Below are positions 1 to 8,341 of a stretch of 64,000 nt of DNA, one piece after another. The DNA comes from an uncultured candidatus Porisulfidus sp. (GTDB lineage: Bacteria; Pseudomonadota; Gammaproteobacteria; Poriferisulfidales; Poriferisulfidaceae): assembly GCA_963668445.1 (NCBI GenBank), contig OY764335.1, positions 216,270-280,269 on the forward strand, in the 5' to 3' direction. A program made the translations under genes and the position numbers. The notes under the pieces were generated by a model. It did not search any database and was not told where the DNA came from. It worked only from the letters and a program-made list of their open reading frames with translations. Position 1 is the stretch's first letter. Each line of letters starts with the position of its first letter.

Positions 1-381
1 GCGCTCAAGCTCAAGGAAATCTCGTACATCCATGCGGAAGCCTATGCGGCCGGGGAATTGAAGCACGGGCCGCTGGCGCTGGTCGATGCCAGCATGCCGG
101 TCGTGGCGGTGGCGCCGAACAACCGCCTGCTGGAGAAGCTCAAGAGCAACCTTCAGGAAGTCCGGGCGCGGGGCGGGCGGCTGTATGTGTTCGCGGACTG
201 GCGTTCCGGTTTCAAGAGCGATGAGGTGATGACCGTATTCGAGGTGGATGCGCCGGACATTGCCATGGCGCCCGCGCTGTTCACCGTGCCGCTGCAACTC
301 TTGGCCTACCACTGCGCCAAGATCAAGGGCACGAACATCGATCAGCCGCGCAATCTGGCGAAATCGGTGACGGTGGAGTAG
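1..381 (+). CDS. glmS: Glutamine-fructose-6-phosphate aminotransferase, 3' part (begins before window)
   Basis: ELKHGPLAL and the invariant C-terminus [13 protein letters not shown]. Confidence 0.97.
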   Translation, partial: ALKLKEISYIHAEAYAAGELKHGPLALVDASMPVVAVAPNNRLLEKLKSNLQEVRARGGRLYVFADWRSGFKSDEVMTVFEVDAPDIAMAPALFTVPLQLLAYHCAKIKGTNIDQPRNLAKSVTVE

Positions 382-387
382 GGCGGA

Positions 388-415
388 TTGTCGCCGTGTG
401 ATTATGGGGTACAAT
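388..415 (+). promoter_or_regulatory. Putative sigma70 promoter for RNA leader/NYN gene
   Basis: TTGTCG (388-393), 16-nt spacer, TACAAT (410-415). Confidence 0.55.
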
Positions 416-421
416 AACCCT

Positions 422-485
422 CAGTTGCCCGTCCTGCGCCTTCGCACGCAGGGCCGCGGGGGCCGCAAGGCCCCCGTATTTTTTT
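422..485 (+). ncRNA. Candidate ~64-nt two-hairpin RNA / leader upstream of NYN RNase
   Basis: Hairpin CCTGCG-ccttcgca-CGCAGG (433-452) followed by a terminator hairpin, lying between a promoter and the NYN start codon. Confidence 0.4.
456..485 (+). terminator. Intrinsic terminator
   Basis: Perfect stem CGGGGGCC-GCAA-GGCCCCCG (457-476) followed by A and T7; the T-tract runs into the TTG start at 484. Confidence 0.85.
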
Positions 486-1109
486 GCGCACTTATGTTTA
501 CGCCGATGGGTTTAACCTTTACTATAGGGCATTGCGTCGCTCGCCTTGGAAATGGCTTGATCTGCCATTCCTGTTCCGGAAGATGCTGCAACCACATCAC
601 GATATCCTGAAAGTTAGATATTTCACGGCCAAAGTAACCGACACCCCGAGCAACCCGGGCCAGAAACGGCGACAGGAAGTGTACTTTCGCGCCCTGAAGC
701 ATCAAGGCCTGAGGTTGAATTTCACTATGGCCATTTCCTGCGTCATACGGCTAATATGCCCTTGGCGAATCCAGAGGCAGAGAAGCGTTTCATCAAAGTA
801 GTACGGGTTGAGGAGAAAGGCTCAGACGTAAATTTTGCCGTTCATTTGCTGAATGATGGATGGCGGGATTGTTATGATTGTGCGGTGGTGGTTACCAACG
901 ATAGCGATATGGCTGAAAGTATGCGTCTGATGAAACGAGAACATCCGGAAAAGCGGATCGGGTTGATTTCTCCGGACCAATATCGTCAATCTCCTCAGTT
1001 GAAGGAGTGCACCGATTTCACGTTGCATCTTCACCGTCGCTTTCTGAACCGTGCGCAATTGCCAGACATCATTCCCGGCACGAATTTGCGCAAACCTCTT
1101 GGCTGGTAA
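484..1109 (+). pseudogene. NYN (LabA/DUF88, PIN-like) domain ribonuclease, frameshifted near 705-710
   Basis: YADGFNLYY in the first frame; PEVEFHYGHFL...EEKGSDVN...VVTNDSD in the -1 frame; the two ORFs join into one NYN protein. Sequencing error cannot be excluded. Confidence 0.85.
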
Positions 1110-1219
1110 AACAAGTCCACACGGGAGTGCGCTCACTTGGCATGGATGCGGCTCAGGCTGACATCACGACTCATGCAATGAGCAGATATGCGGGAGGCGG
1201 ATGACTGCTGGCGCAAATC

Positions 1220-2791
1220 TCAGTCGTACACCACGCGAAAACCGATGCCGTCCGATCGATGTTCGGGCGGAACCGGCCGGCCGAACAGGCTTCGGGAGGT
1301 TTGCAGGCCGGGCAGCAGCCAATTCCCGCCCAGTGCCCACAGCGCATAGCGCCCCTGCTCGGCCGTGATGCTGCGCGTCCATTCCGAAACGTTGCCCCCC
1401 ATATGGCGCAAGCCTTCCGCAGTCACGTCGGCGAGTCCGTCCGCATCGCAGGCTTTCACGCCCGGCGAACCCTGTTCCGCCGTGGCCGCGACAGGGCGGT
1501 AGTCGGAGCCCCACGGATAGACGGCGGCATCCGGTCCGGCGGCCAGCCGGTGCCATTCTTCGGTCGTCGGAAGCCGTCCGCCGGCCCAGCGGGCGTAGGC
1601 GTCGGCCGCCCACCAAGTGATGCCGGTCACCGGCAAGTCGGGTTCCTGCAATTGCTGCGCCCAGCGCAGCGGGGTGTAGTCTTCATTACTAGGCTCCCGT
1701 TCGTTGGCGAACAGTCCGGAGCGCACCCGAGCGTCGCCGAGAAACGTCCGGTAGTCCTTCCGGCTGACTTCGCAGCGTTCGGCCCGGATGCGTTCGGGGC
1801 GTCGGTCCAGCTGCTCCAGAAGGGCGTGCAGGCGCTGCCTGTCGCGGGCCGGAGTCAGGGCGGCGATGCGTACTAGGCGCGCATCCGCCGGCAATCCCAA
1901 TGTGAAAGCGCCGCCTTGGACTTGGGCGATGTCCGGCAGGCTTCCGTTCCAGGGCCGCGGCGGAGGCGGCCGGTCGTACACGCAGCGGAAGCCCAGATGG
2001 TGGCTGCGCGTATGCGGCGGGATTTCCAGCCAGGCCGCGTTCAGCGCGTACAGCTCCTGCGCATGGACGCGCACGGCGGGCGCTCCGTGCGCTCCGGGCG
2101 GGTGGTCAGCGGAAAGGCCTTGGCTCCATTCCATGACATTGCCGGCCAGATCCTGAATGCCTTCGGGCGTGGCCGCTTGCGGATGGGTTCCGCAGGCTTG
2201 CGCCGCGTTGCGGTGCGGATCCTGGTACGGCCAAGATCCGGGCTCGAATGCATTGCCCCATGGATACAGGCGGCCTTCGGCGCCGCTGGCCATGGCTTCC
2301 CATTCGTCGGCTGTCGGCAGCCGGCCGCCGACGGCTTGGCAATAGGCGGCCGCCCCGTCGTAGCTGATGCCGCTGGCCGGCGCGTGCAAGATGCCGGCGG
2401 TGGCGTGGCCGGTGGACAGGCTCGTCAATGCATCGGCAGGAACCTTCGCGTGCGGCATGACTTCCGTCTGCCGGCGCTGCCAAGCGGCGTAGCGCTCGAA
2501 ATCGCCTTGGCGGACTTCGCAACGGTCTGCCCAGAACGCAGGGAGCGTTGCCGTGCGCGGCGGCCGGTCCAGACGCCGCTGCAGTTCCCGCCCGAACGCA
2601 TGCGTTTGCATGCTTTTCAGCAAGGCTTCATCGACGATCCGTCCGGGGCCGTCCTGTGCGGGCGGCAGCGCCAGTTCCACTTCGATCAGATCGTCGCGGC
2701 CGTGGTAGAAGCCCGGATGGCTCAGCGGCAGCACGGCCAGCGCCAGCAGAGCCAGCATGAGTACCGGGACGAAAGGGTGCCGGGCGTTCAT
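1220..2791 (-). CDS. Exported protein with two tandem SUMF1/FGE-sulfatase-like domains
   Basis: N-terminal hydrophobic signal; RLPTxxEW, YPWG, GNVxEW and GFRxV each present twice; no FGE catalytic Cys pair seen. Confidence 0.88.
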   Translation of the reverse strand: MNARHPFVPVLMLALLALAVLPLSHPGFYHGRDDLIEVELALPPAQDGPGRIVDEALLKSMQTHAFGRELQRRLDRPPRTATLPAFWADRCEVRQGDFERYAAWQRRQTEVMPHAKVPADALTSLSTGHATAGILHAPASGISYDGAAAYCQAVGGRLPTADEWEAMASGAEGRLYPWGNAFEPGSWPYQDPHRNAAQACGTHPQAATPEGIQDLAGNVMEWSQGLSADHPPGAHGAPAVRVHAQELYALNAAWLEIPPHTRSHHLGFRCVYDRPPPPRPWNGSLPDIAQVQGGAFTLGLPADARLVRIAALTPARDRQRLHALLEQLDRRPERIRAERCEVSRKDYRTFLGDARVRSGLFANEREPSNEDYTPLRWAQQLQEPDLPVTGITWWAADAYARWAGGRLPTTEEWHRLAAGPDAAVYPWGSDYRPVAATAEQGSPGVKACDADGLADVTAEGLRHMGGNVSEWTRSITAEQGRYALWALGGNWLLPGLQTSRSLFGRPVPPEHRSDGIGFRVVYD

Positions 2792-4479
2792 GCGGGTCGG
2801 GCCACCAGACGTCGGGTTAGGAACAGGGCCAGCAGGCCGGCCAGCAGCAGTCCGAACAACGCCATCATCCAGCCGCGTGCGCCCAGCGCGGACTCGGAGG
2901 GCACGGAGTTTCGGGCGAGGCCGTCGAGGCGCACCCGGTTGTCGCTCGCTTGCAGCAGCAGACGGCCGTCGTCGCGGTTGCGGGCGTACGCGAAGCCAAC
3001 GATGAAATCGTCCAGTTGCGGCGAAATGTAGGCGACGGCCCGCCAGCCGAGCCGCTCCGGATGCTGCGGATCCGGTAGCGCCATGAGGGCGCCGCCGGGT
3101 TCCAGTTGCACGCGCAGGCCGCGCCAGATGGCCGGGTAGGCATTGAGGGCGATGCTGATCCGTGCGGAGTCGGGCAGTTCGTCCGCCGCTTCGGAATGGC
3201 GCAGGAAGGCGGCCTCCTGAAGCAGATGGTTGGGCTCCAGCGCCAGCTGGGCTCCCGGCCCCGCATCCGCCTCTCCGGCATGGAGGCTCAGCGGCCCCAG
3301 ATTGCGCAGAGGATCCGCGAGGCGGCTTGCCAGAAAGAGTTCCATCGCCAGCGTGGAGACCGTCGTCTGCTGTGCCGCTGAGAGATCGGGCGGATGCTCC
3401 AGCAGCGTACGGAAGCGATTGGCGAACTGCGGCACCAGCGGCGCCGGCGTGCCGCCGGCATCGAGCGTATTTTGCAATTCGCCGAGGAAGCCCATGATGG
3501 CGGCCAGGATGCGGGCCAATTGCGGTTCGCTTTCCGGGCGCATGGCGCCGCGCAGGCCTCCCGGAAGAGCCATGCGGAAGAGCGTGGGGCGCGGATGCCC
3601 GGCAGCGGAGCCGGTGCCCGGGAGTCCCTGTCCTGCACGCCCCTCGCCCGGCGGCCTGGCTGGCGGAAAGCTGCCGAGCTGGTCGTTGCCGGGCGGCGCG
3701 GCCGGCAGGCCGCGGCCTGCGCCATGGCCGAACGGATAGGCCCCGGAAGGCGTCGTGCCGCCCGGCAGCGGGGCGGCAGCTAGGCCTCGGCCGTAGGGGC
3801 CGGCGAAGGCTCCGGGCGGCGGCCAGCCGCCGTCGCCGGGCACGGGCCGCCGGCGGGCGACCGTCGGCGCGGGCATCCGCTGCTGCGGCTGCTGCGGCAA
3901 TGCGCCGAGGCAGTCTTTGGCAGCAATGCCGGGAGGGCAGTGAGCCGCATCGGCGCGGGCCAGATGCCCGGTCAGGAAATGCCAGTGCATGATCTGCATG
4001 CCGTGTTCGCGAAGGATCGCCAGCGCCAAGTAGTACTGCCCGATGTCGTAGACGTCCGCGCGCAGACCCTGCTTCTGCTCGTCGGTGAAGGTTTGCAGGA
4101 AGGCGTCCAGGCCGTTCGGGCGCTCCAGCAGTCGGGCGCGGGGCCAGAGCGTGCCGCTGTAGTATTCCCGCACGTAGTCGCGGTGGAACTCCAGAATGGG
4201 CATCAGGTCCAAGCTCGGGTTCAGATCCATCGGATCGGCTTCGTAATGGTGCAGGCGCGCCGCCTTGCTGGCGGCCAGCGTGTTCAGGACCAGCGACGTG
4301 CTGAACTTGCGGGCCATCACGGTCGAGACTTCTTCGACCTTCTCGGCGTAGCGCTTCTCGTGCTCGGTGCGGGCCATGATCGTCAGCACGACGACGATGA
4401 TCAGCATGGCGACGCCGTTGGCCAGAATATCGGCCAGCGCGACGCCGGCGAAGTCCGGGATGCTGCGGCGGAAGCTCAC
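2788..4479 (-). CDS. ExbD/MotB-like membrane protein with large Pro/Gly-rich periplasmic region and C-terminal TM helix (563 aa)
   Basis: GTG start in a GTGA overlap with the upstream stop; TM ALADILANGVAMLIIVVVLTIM carries an Asp; C-terminal TM WMMALFGLLLAGLLALFL. Confidence 0.7.
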   Translation of the reverse strand: MSFRRSIPDFAGVALADILANGVAMLIIVVVLTIMARTEHEKRYAEKVEEVSTVMARKFSTSLVLNTLAASKAARLHHYEADPMDLNPSLDLMPILEFHRDYVREYYSGTLWPRARLLERPNGLDAFLQTFTDEQKQGLRADVYDIGQYYLALAILREHGMQIMHWHFLTGHLARADAAHCPPGIAAKDCLGALPQQPQQRMPAPTVARRRPVPGDGGWPPPGAFAGPYGRGLAAAPLPGGTTPSGAYPFGHGAGRGLPAAPPGNDQLGSFPPARPPGEGRAGQGLPGTGSAAGHPRPTLFRMALPGGLRGAMRPESEPQLARILAAIMGFLGELQNTLDAGGTPAPLVPQFANRFRTLLEHPPDLSAAQQTTVSTLAMELFLASRLADPLRNLGPLSLHAGEADAGPGAQLALEPNHLLQEAAFLRHSEAADELPDSARISIALNAYPAIWRGLRVQLEPGGALMALPDPQHPERLGWRAVAYISPQLDDFIVGFAYARNRDDGRLLLQASDNRVRLDGLARNSVPSESALGARGWMMALFGLLLAGLLALFLTRRLVARPA

Positions 4480-5060
4480 GGGTTCGGCGCCTGTTCCAGC
4501 GCGTCGGCGTAGCCGCGGATGTAGGCGGGGACGTCGTCGAGCGAGACGGATTTGAGCAGTTCGTCGTCGGCGATCACCCAGCTGATCAGGAGTTCGCGCT
4601 CCGGCCACAGGCGCAGCATGCAGTTGCGCGCCTCCGCCATGGTCGGCACGCCGCCGTCCAGAATGAAGAACACCAGCTGCTCGACTGGCGCCGTTCCGTC
4701 GGCGCGAACGGCGGGTGGCTGCCCGTAGATGCGCTGCGCGTACGCGACGAAGGGGCCGTCCGGCGCGCAAATCGACCCGAGCGGCACGCTGGCATTGGTC
4801 TCGACGATGCGCAGCAGGCTGGGGAAGCTGATGACCACGTAGCCGGAGCCGCCGTCCGTGCGTTCGATGCGATGGATGCCGTCCGCACTATTGCGCTCCA
4901 GCCGCTCGCGCACGGCCGCGCTGGAATACAGGTTGATGATCAGGAGGAAGACCAGCATCAGCGCGAACACGCTGCCGAAGATGGCCATCATCGGGGCATT
5001 GTTTTCCTCTTGCAGGCGCAGTCCCGCCAATGCGCCGCGATGACTTTTCCGGTTCGCCAC
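4476..5060 (-). CDS. Small single-pass membrane protein, ExbD/TolR-like topology
   Basis: Short basic N-tail, one TM (MMAIFGSVFALMLVFLLIINL), ~150-aa soluble domain; directly follows the MotA/ExbB-like gene. Confidence 0.65.
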   Translation of the reverse strand: MANRKSHRGALAGLRLQEENNAPMMAIFGSVFALMLVFLLIINLYSSAAVRERLERNSADGIHRIERTDGGSGYVVISFPSLLRIVETNASVPLGSICAPDGPFVAYAQRIYGQPPAVRADGTAPVEQLVFFILDGGVPTMAEARNCMLRLWPERELLISWVIADDELLKSVSLDDVPAYIRGYADALEQAPNP

Positions 5061-5066
5061 CGGCGT

Positions 5067-6236
5067 TCAGGATGCGCGGGCTTTTTTCCGCGACAGTTGT
5101 TCGGCCGTGCTCAGGATCCGTTCTTCGCCGCGCTGCACCAGCGACAGGATGAGCACCAGCACGATGCTGAGGGACAGCGCGATCAGCGTCGTGTCGAACG
5201 CGATGCCCAAGGGCGCGATGGCGCCGCCGAGGTCGCCGGACAGTCCGGCCAGGCCGGTCTCCGACGAAATGATCCGCCGAATGCCTTCGGCGGCGAGCGA
5301 GATGCCCAGCACCGTGCCGACGAAGCCGAGCACCGGCACCGCCCAGCTGATGTAGCGGGGAATCAGATACGATTCCTCGTGCCGGCGCCACAGGAACTCC
5401 AGCTGGTCCTCTAAGGCTTCCGGCGCGCCGGTCAGCGCGTTCAGGCCTTCGGCCAGAATGTCCGGTTCCGCAGCCGCGCCTTCCTGCCAGCCGCGCACGG
5501 CCCGCGCCAGCTGCCGGTTGTTCCAGAGTTTGCCGAGCAGCAGCAGCAGGCCCCAGAAGAACAGCCATACGGTGAGAGGCGGAATGATGCCGCGCTCCAG
5601 AAAGCGGCGGGTGATGACATGCGAGGCTTTCGAGTGGACGGCGAACCATTCCAAGACCAGAATGAACCCGGCGCACAGTACCAGCGACGTAATCAGCGCA
5701 GGCGCCAAGCGCGGCCCCGCAACCATGTCGGCCAGACGGTCGAGAGGCTTGCGCAGGCGTTCCCGGGCCGTGGTCTCGATCCATAGGTGGCTGGCGTACA
5801 GCGCCAGCGCAGCGGCCAGCAGGGGCGCCATGCGTCCGGCCCAACTGGCACTGGCGCCTTCGTCCAGAACCTGCCAGGCCGGCACCGACATCGCGGCCGC
5901 GACGGCCAGCAGCCCGAACAGCCCGGTGCCCAAAAGGCTGTTGAGGAAGAGCGGTTCGGAATTGCGCCGGAACGCCGCTGCGCCGGCCAGCCCGGCAGCC
6001 GCCAGCGCCAGCAGCGCCAGCCACAGCGGCAGGTCGAACGTGTAGAGCAGATTGATCAGGATCAGCGCCAGCACCGCCAGATTCAGCATCAGGGCGAGGC
6101 GCAGCGGGCCCATGGCCGGATCGCCAAGCCCGGCGGCTTGCAGCAGGCCGCGCAGGCGGGCCGGGACGAGTTCCTGAAGCTTTCGGAGTTCCACGGCGGC
6201 AAGTATACGGGGTTCGGGACGCGGCATGCCCGGCAC
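5067..6236 (-). CDS. MotA/TolQ/ExbB proton channel family protein with N-terminal multi-TM extension (start uncertain, possibly GTG 6194)
   Basis: AVPVLGFVGTVLGI and LGIAFDTTLIAL signature helices; about five additional hydrophobic helices N-terminally. Confidence 0.9.
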   Translation of the reverse strand: MPGMPRPEPRILAAVELRKLQELVPARLRGLLQAAGLGDPAMGPLRLALMLNLAVLALILINLLYTFDLPLWLALLALAAAGLAGAAAFRRNSEPLFLNSLLGTGLFGLLAVAAAMSVPAWQVLDEGASASWAGRMAPLLAAALALYASHLWIETTARERLRKPLDRLADMVAGPRLAPALITSLVLCAGFILVLEWFAVHSKASHVITRRFLERGIIPPLTVWLFFWGLLLLLGKLWNNRQLARAVRGWQEGAAAEPDILAEGLNALTGAPEALEDQLEFLWRRHEESYLIPRYISWAVPVLGFVGTVLGISLAAEGIRRIISSETGLAGLSGDLGGAIAPLGIAFDTTLIALSLSIVLVLILSLVQRGEERILSTAEQLSRKKARAS

Positions 6237-6286
6237 CGAGCCTTGCGGTTTCGGCCGTCCGCATGGCGCAGCATTTTAGGCATATT

Positions 6287-6304
6287 TGTGTTATAATAAA
6301 CACA
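6287..6304 (+). promoter_or_regulatory. Palindromic operator overlapping TATAAT -10 of the TA operon
   Basis: TGTGTT-ATAATA-AACACA; flanked by TTTTAGGC direct repeats (6274, 6312). Confidence 0.6.
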
Positions 6305-6335
6305 CACTAACTTTTAGGCCATGCCGGAGTCGTCC

Positions 6336-6713
6336 ATGTCCAAATACGCCCCTTTGACGGATTATCTTCGCCGGACCGGGCAAAGTCGGATCGCCATGAC
6401 GTTCGAGGAGGTCGAGCGCATCGTCGAATCCAAGCTGCCGCCGTCCGCGGTCAGGCACCGGTCCTGGTGGTCCAACAATCCGACGAACAGCGTGATCACC
6501 TGCGCATGGCTCGAGGCCGGATACGAGACCGCGGATGTTGACATGGCCGGGCGCAAGCTCGTGTTCCGCAAGCGGCCGCATGAGAGGCCTGCGGTGCTGG
6601 CGGGCGGCGCACGGCTGCCGCATGCGTTCGGCGCGCTCAGGGGCACGGTGACGGTCGCGCCGGGCACGGACCTGACCGCGCCTTCGGGCGCGGACTGGGA
6701 TGCCGGGCGGTAA
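6336..6713 (+). CDS. Putative antitoxin (MSKYxPL...WWSN DNA-binding-like domain plus FGALRG tail)
   Basis: GGAG RBS; immediately upstream of PIN toxin; C-terminal FGALRGTVTVAPGTDLTAP resembles VapB-type tails. Confidence 0.7.
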   Translation: MSKYAPLTDYLRRTGQSRIAMTFEEVERIVESKLPPSAVRHRSWWSNNPTNSVITCAWLEAGYETADVDMAGRKLVFRKRPHERPAVLAGGARLPHAFGALRGTVTVAPGTDLTAPSGADWDAGR

Positions 6714-6719
6714 TGGCCC

Positions 6720-7124
6720 ATGCCGCCTTGCCTGCTGGACACCTGCGCGGTGCTATGGATCGCAAGCGGAGAACGCTTGCGCCGGCCGGCCGCGCATGCA
6801 TTGCGGAAGCCGGATGCGCGGCTGATGGTTTCGCCCATCACGGCGTGGGAGATTGCGACGCTGGCGGCCAAGCGGAAGATCGCGCTCTCGATGAGTCCGG
6901 ACATGTGGTTCGAGCGTTTTCACGGCCTGCCGGGAGTGGCGCTTGCGGACATGCCTCCTTCGGTGCTCATCGCGTCTGCCAGCTTGCCGGGCAACCCGCC
7001 TTCCGATCCGGCGGACCGGATCCTGATCGCGACCGCTCGGGAATGCGGCTATGCGCTGGTGACGCGGGACAAGCGCATTCTGGAGTACGGGGCCTGCGGC
7101 CATGTCGGCGTGATGGCTTGCTGA
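6720..7124 (+). CDS. vapC: VapC-family PIN domain toxin
   Basis: LLDTCAVLW, SPITAWEI, DPADRILIATA, LVTRD. Confidence 0.92.
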   Translation: MPPCLLDTCAVLWIASGERLRRPAAHALRKPDARLMVSPITAWEIATLAAKRKIALSMSPDMWFERFHGLPGVALADMPPSVLIASASLPGNPPSDPADRILIATARECGYALVTRDKRILEYGACGHVGVMAC

Positions 7125-7167
7125 GCGGGCGGACAGGCTGGAGCCGGGTCGTTGCCGTCATCGGTCC

Positions 7168-7602
7168 ATGAAGGCGAAACGCAAGAAGAAGACCCGCAGC
7201 GAGATCATGCGGGCGATCAGGCATAAGGACACGCAGCCCGAACTGGCCGTGCGCCGCCTGACGCATTCCTTGGGCTACCGCTACCGCCTGCATCGCCGGA
7301 CGCTGCCGGGCACGCCGGACCTGGTCTTTCCGGCGCGGCGCAAGGTCATCTTCGTGCACGGCTGCTTCTGGCATCAGCACGACTGCAAGCACGGCATGCA
7401 TGTGCCGAAGTCGAACCGCGAATACTGGCTGCCGAAGCTGGCCCGCAACCGCCAGCGCGACGCGGAGCATCAAATGCAGCTCGAAGCGCTCGGCTGGGAG
7501 GCTTTGGTGTTGTGGGAATGCGAACTCGGCGACCCGAAGAGGACGGCGCGGCGCATCCGGAAGTTTCTGGGCCCGGCCGGTTCTCGTCAGACCACCGGAT
7601 AG
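7168..7602 (+). CDS. vsr: Very short patch repair endonuclease
   Basis: RSEIMRAIRHKDTQPE, LPGTPD, FVHGCFWHQH, LWECE. Confidence 0.95.
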   Translation: MKAKRKKKTRSEIMRAIRHKDTQPELAVRRLTHSLGYRYRLHRRTLPGTPDLVFPARRKVIFVHGCFWHQHDCKHGMHVPKSNREYWLPKLARNRQRDAEHQMQLEALGWEALVLWECELGDPKRTARRIRKFLGPAGSRQTTG

Positions 7603-8255
7603 AAGGGCGCTCCCCAGGCTTCGTCCGGGTTGTCCAGCATCAGGCTGACGAACAGCGGCACCAGCGAGGCCAGAATGCGCGCGCCGTCGCGGACCTGGTC
7701 CCGGTTGGCGGAACTGTTCCAGGTGGCGCCGCCGTGCACCAGCTGGTTGCGCAGCACATAGAGGCGGTCGAACAGGATGGACAGGATGAGCCGGGTGTCC
7801 TGTTCGCGCAAGGCATTCGCGGCGAGCTCCTTGCTGCGCTCGAAGCGCTCCTCCCAGTTGCCGTAGCCGGGAGCCTGATTGTGGAATTTCCAGAACGGCT
7901 CGTAGACGTACTTGTTGCTGAGCAGGCTGCGGATGGACTGGGAGTACTGGTTCCAAATGGCGTGGTAGATCCGCTGGGCCTGATCCAGTTTCATCAGCAG
8001 CGCGAAGTAGTCCTGCAGCTTGTTTCGTTCGCTGGGCAGGCCCGCGTCGCCGCGGTCGTCGGCGTACGCGGCATTGAAGGAGACCCAGTAGAAGACGTAC
8101 GCGGCATCGAGATCGTCTCGGGCCACTTCCTTCTCGGCGCGATTCAGCCAGCTGAGTGCGCGATGGACGCGCAGGCCGAGATCTTCCGGGAAGCCGTCGC
8201 GAATGGCGCGTTCCCTGTCCTTCAGGGCCTCGTGCGACAGGTCGGGCGGCGTCAT
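7587..8255 (-). CDS. HEPN domain protein (Apea-like), putative RNase
   Basis: RVHRALSWL, WVSFNAAY and RxxxxH motif RNQLVHGG. Confidence 0.85.
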   Translation of the reverse strand: MTPPDLSHEALKDRERAIRDGFPEDLGLRVHRALSWLNRAEKEVARDDLDAAYVFYWVSFNAAYADDRGDAGLPSERNKLQDYFALLMKLDQAQRIYHAIWNQYSQSIRSLLSNKYVYEPFWKFHNQAPGYGNWEERFERSKELAANALREQDTRLILSILFDRLYVLRNQLVHGGATWNSSANRDQVRDGARILASLVPLFVSLMLDNPDEAWGAPFYPVV

Positions 8256-8341
8256 GGGAGGGCGCGAAGCAGGGGGATTGCTATCGTAGGCACGCGCACC
8301 ATACCATACCTGCCCGAGCGCGTATAATCTGATGTCCGCCC

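Noticed and set aside
382..430. Tn7 insertion at attTn7
   Set aside because: No tns genes, TGT...ACA ends with TnsB repeats, or 5-bp duplication recognised
1220..2791. DGR target or T6SS TagR
   Set aside because: No reverse transcriptase, template repeat or T6SS genes in the window
2788..6236. Zorya, TolQRA or ExbBD-TonB assignment
   Set aside because: No long ZorA tail, OmpA-domain ZorB or ZorC/D/E; no tolB/pal; no TonB C-terminal domain recognised
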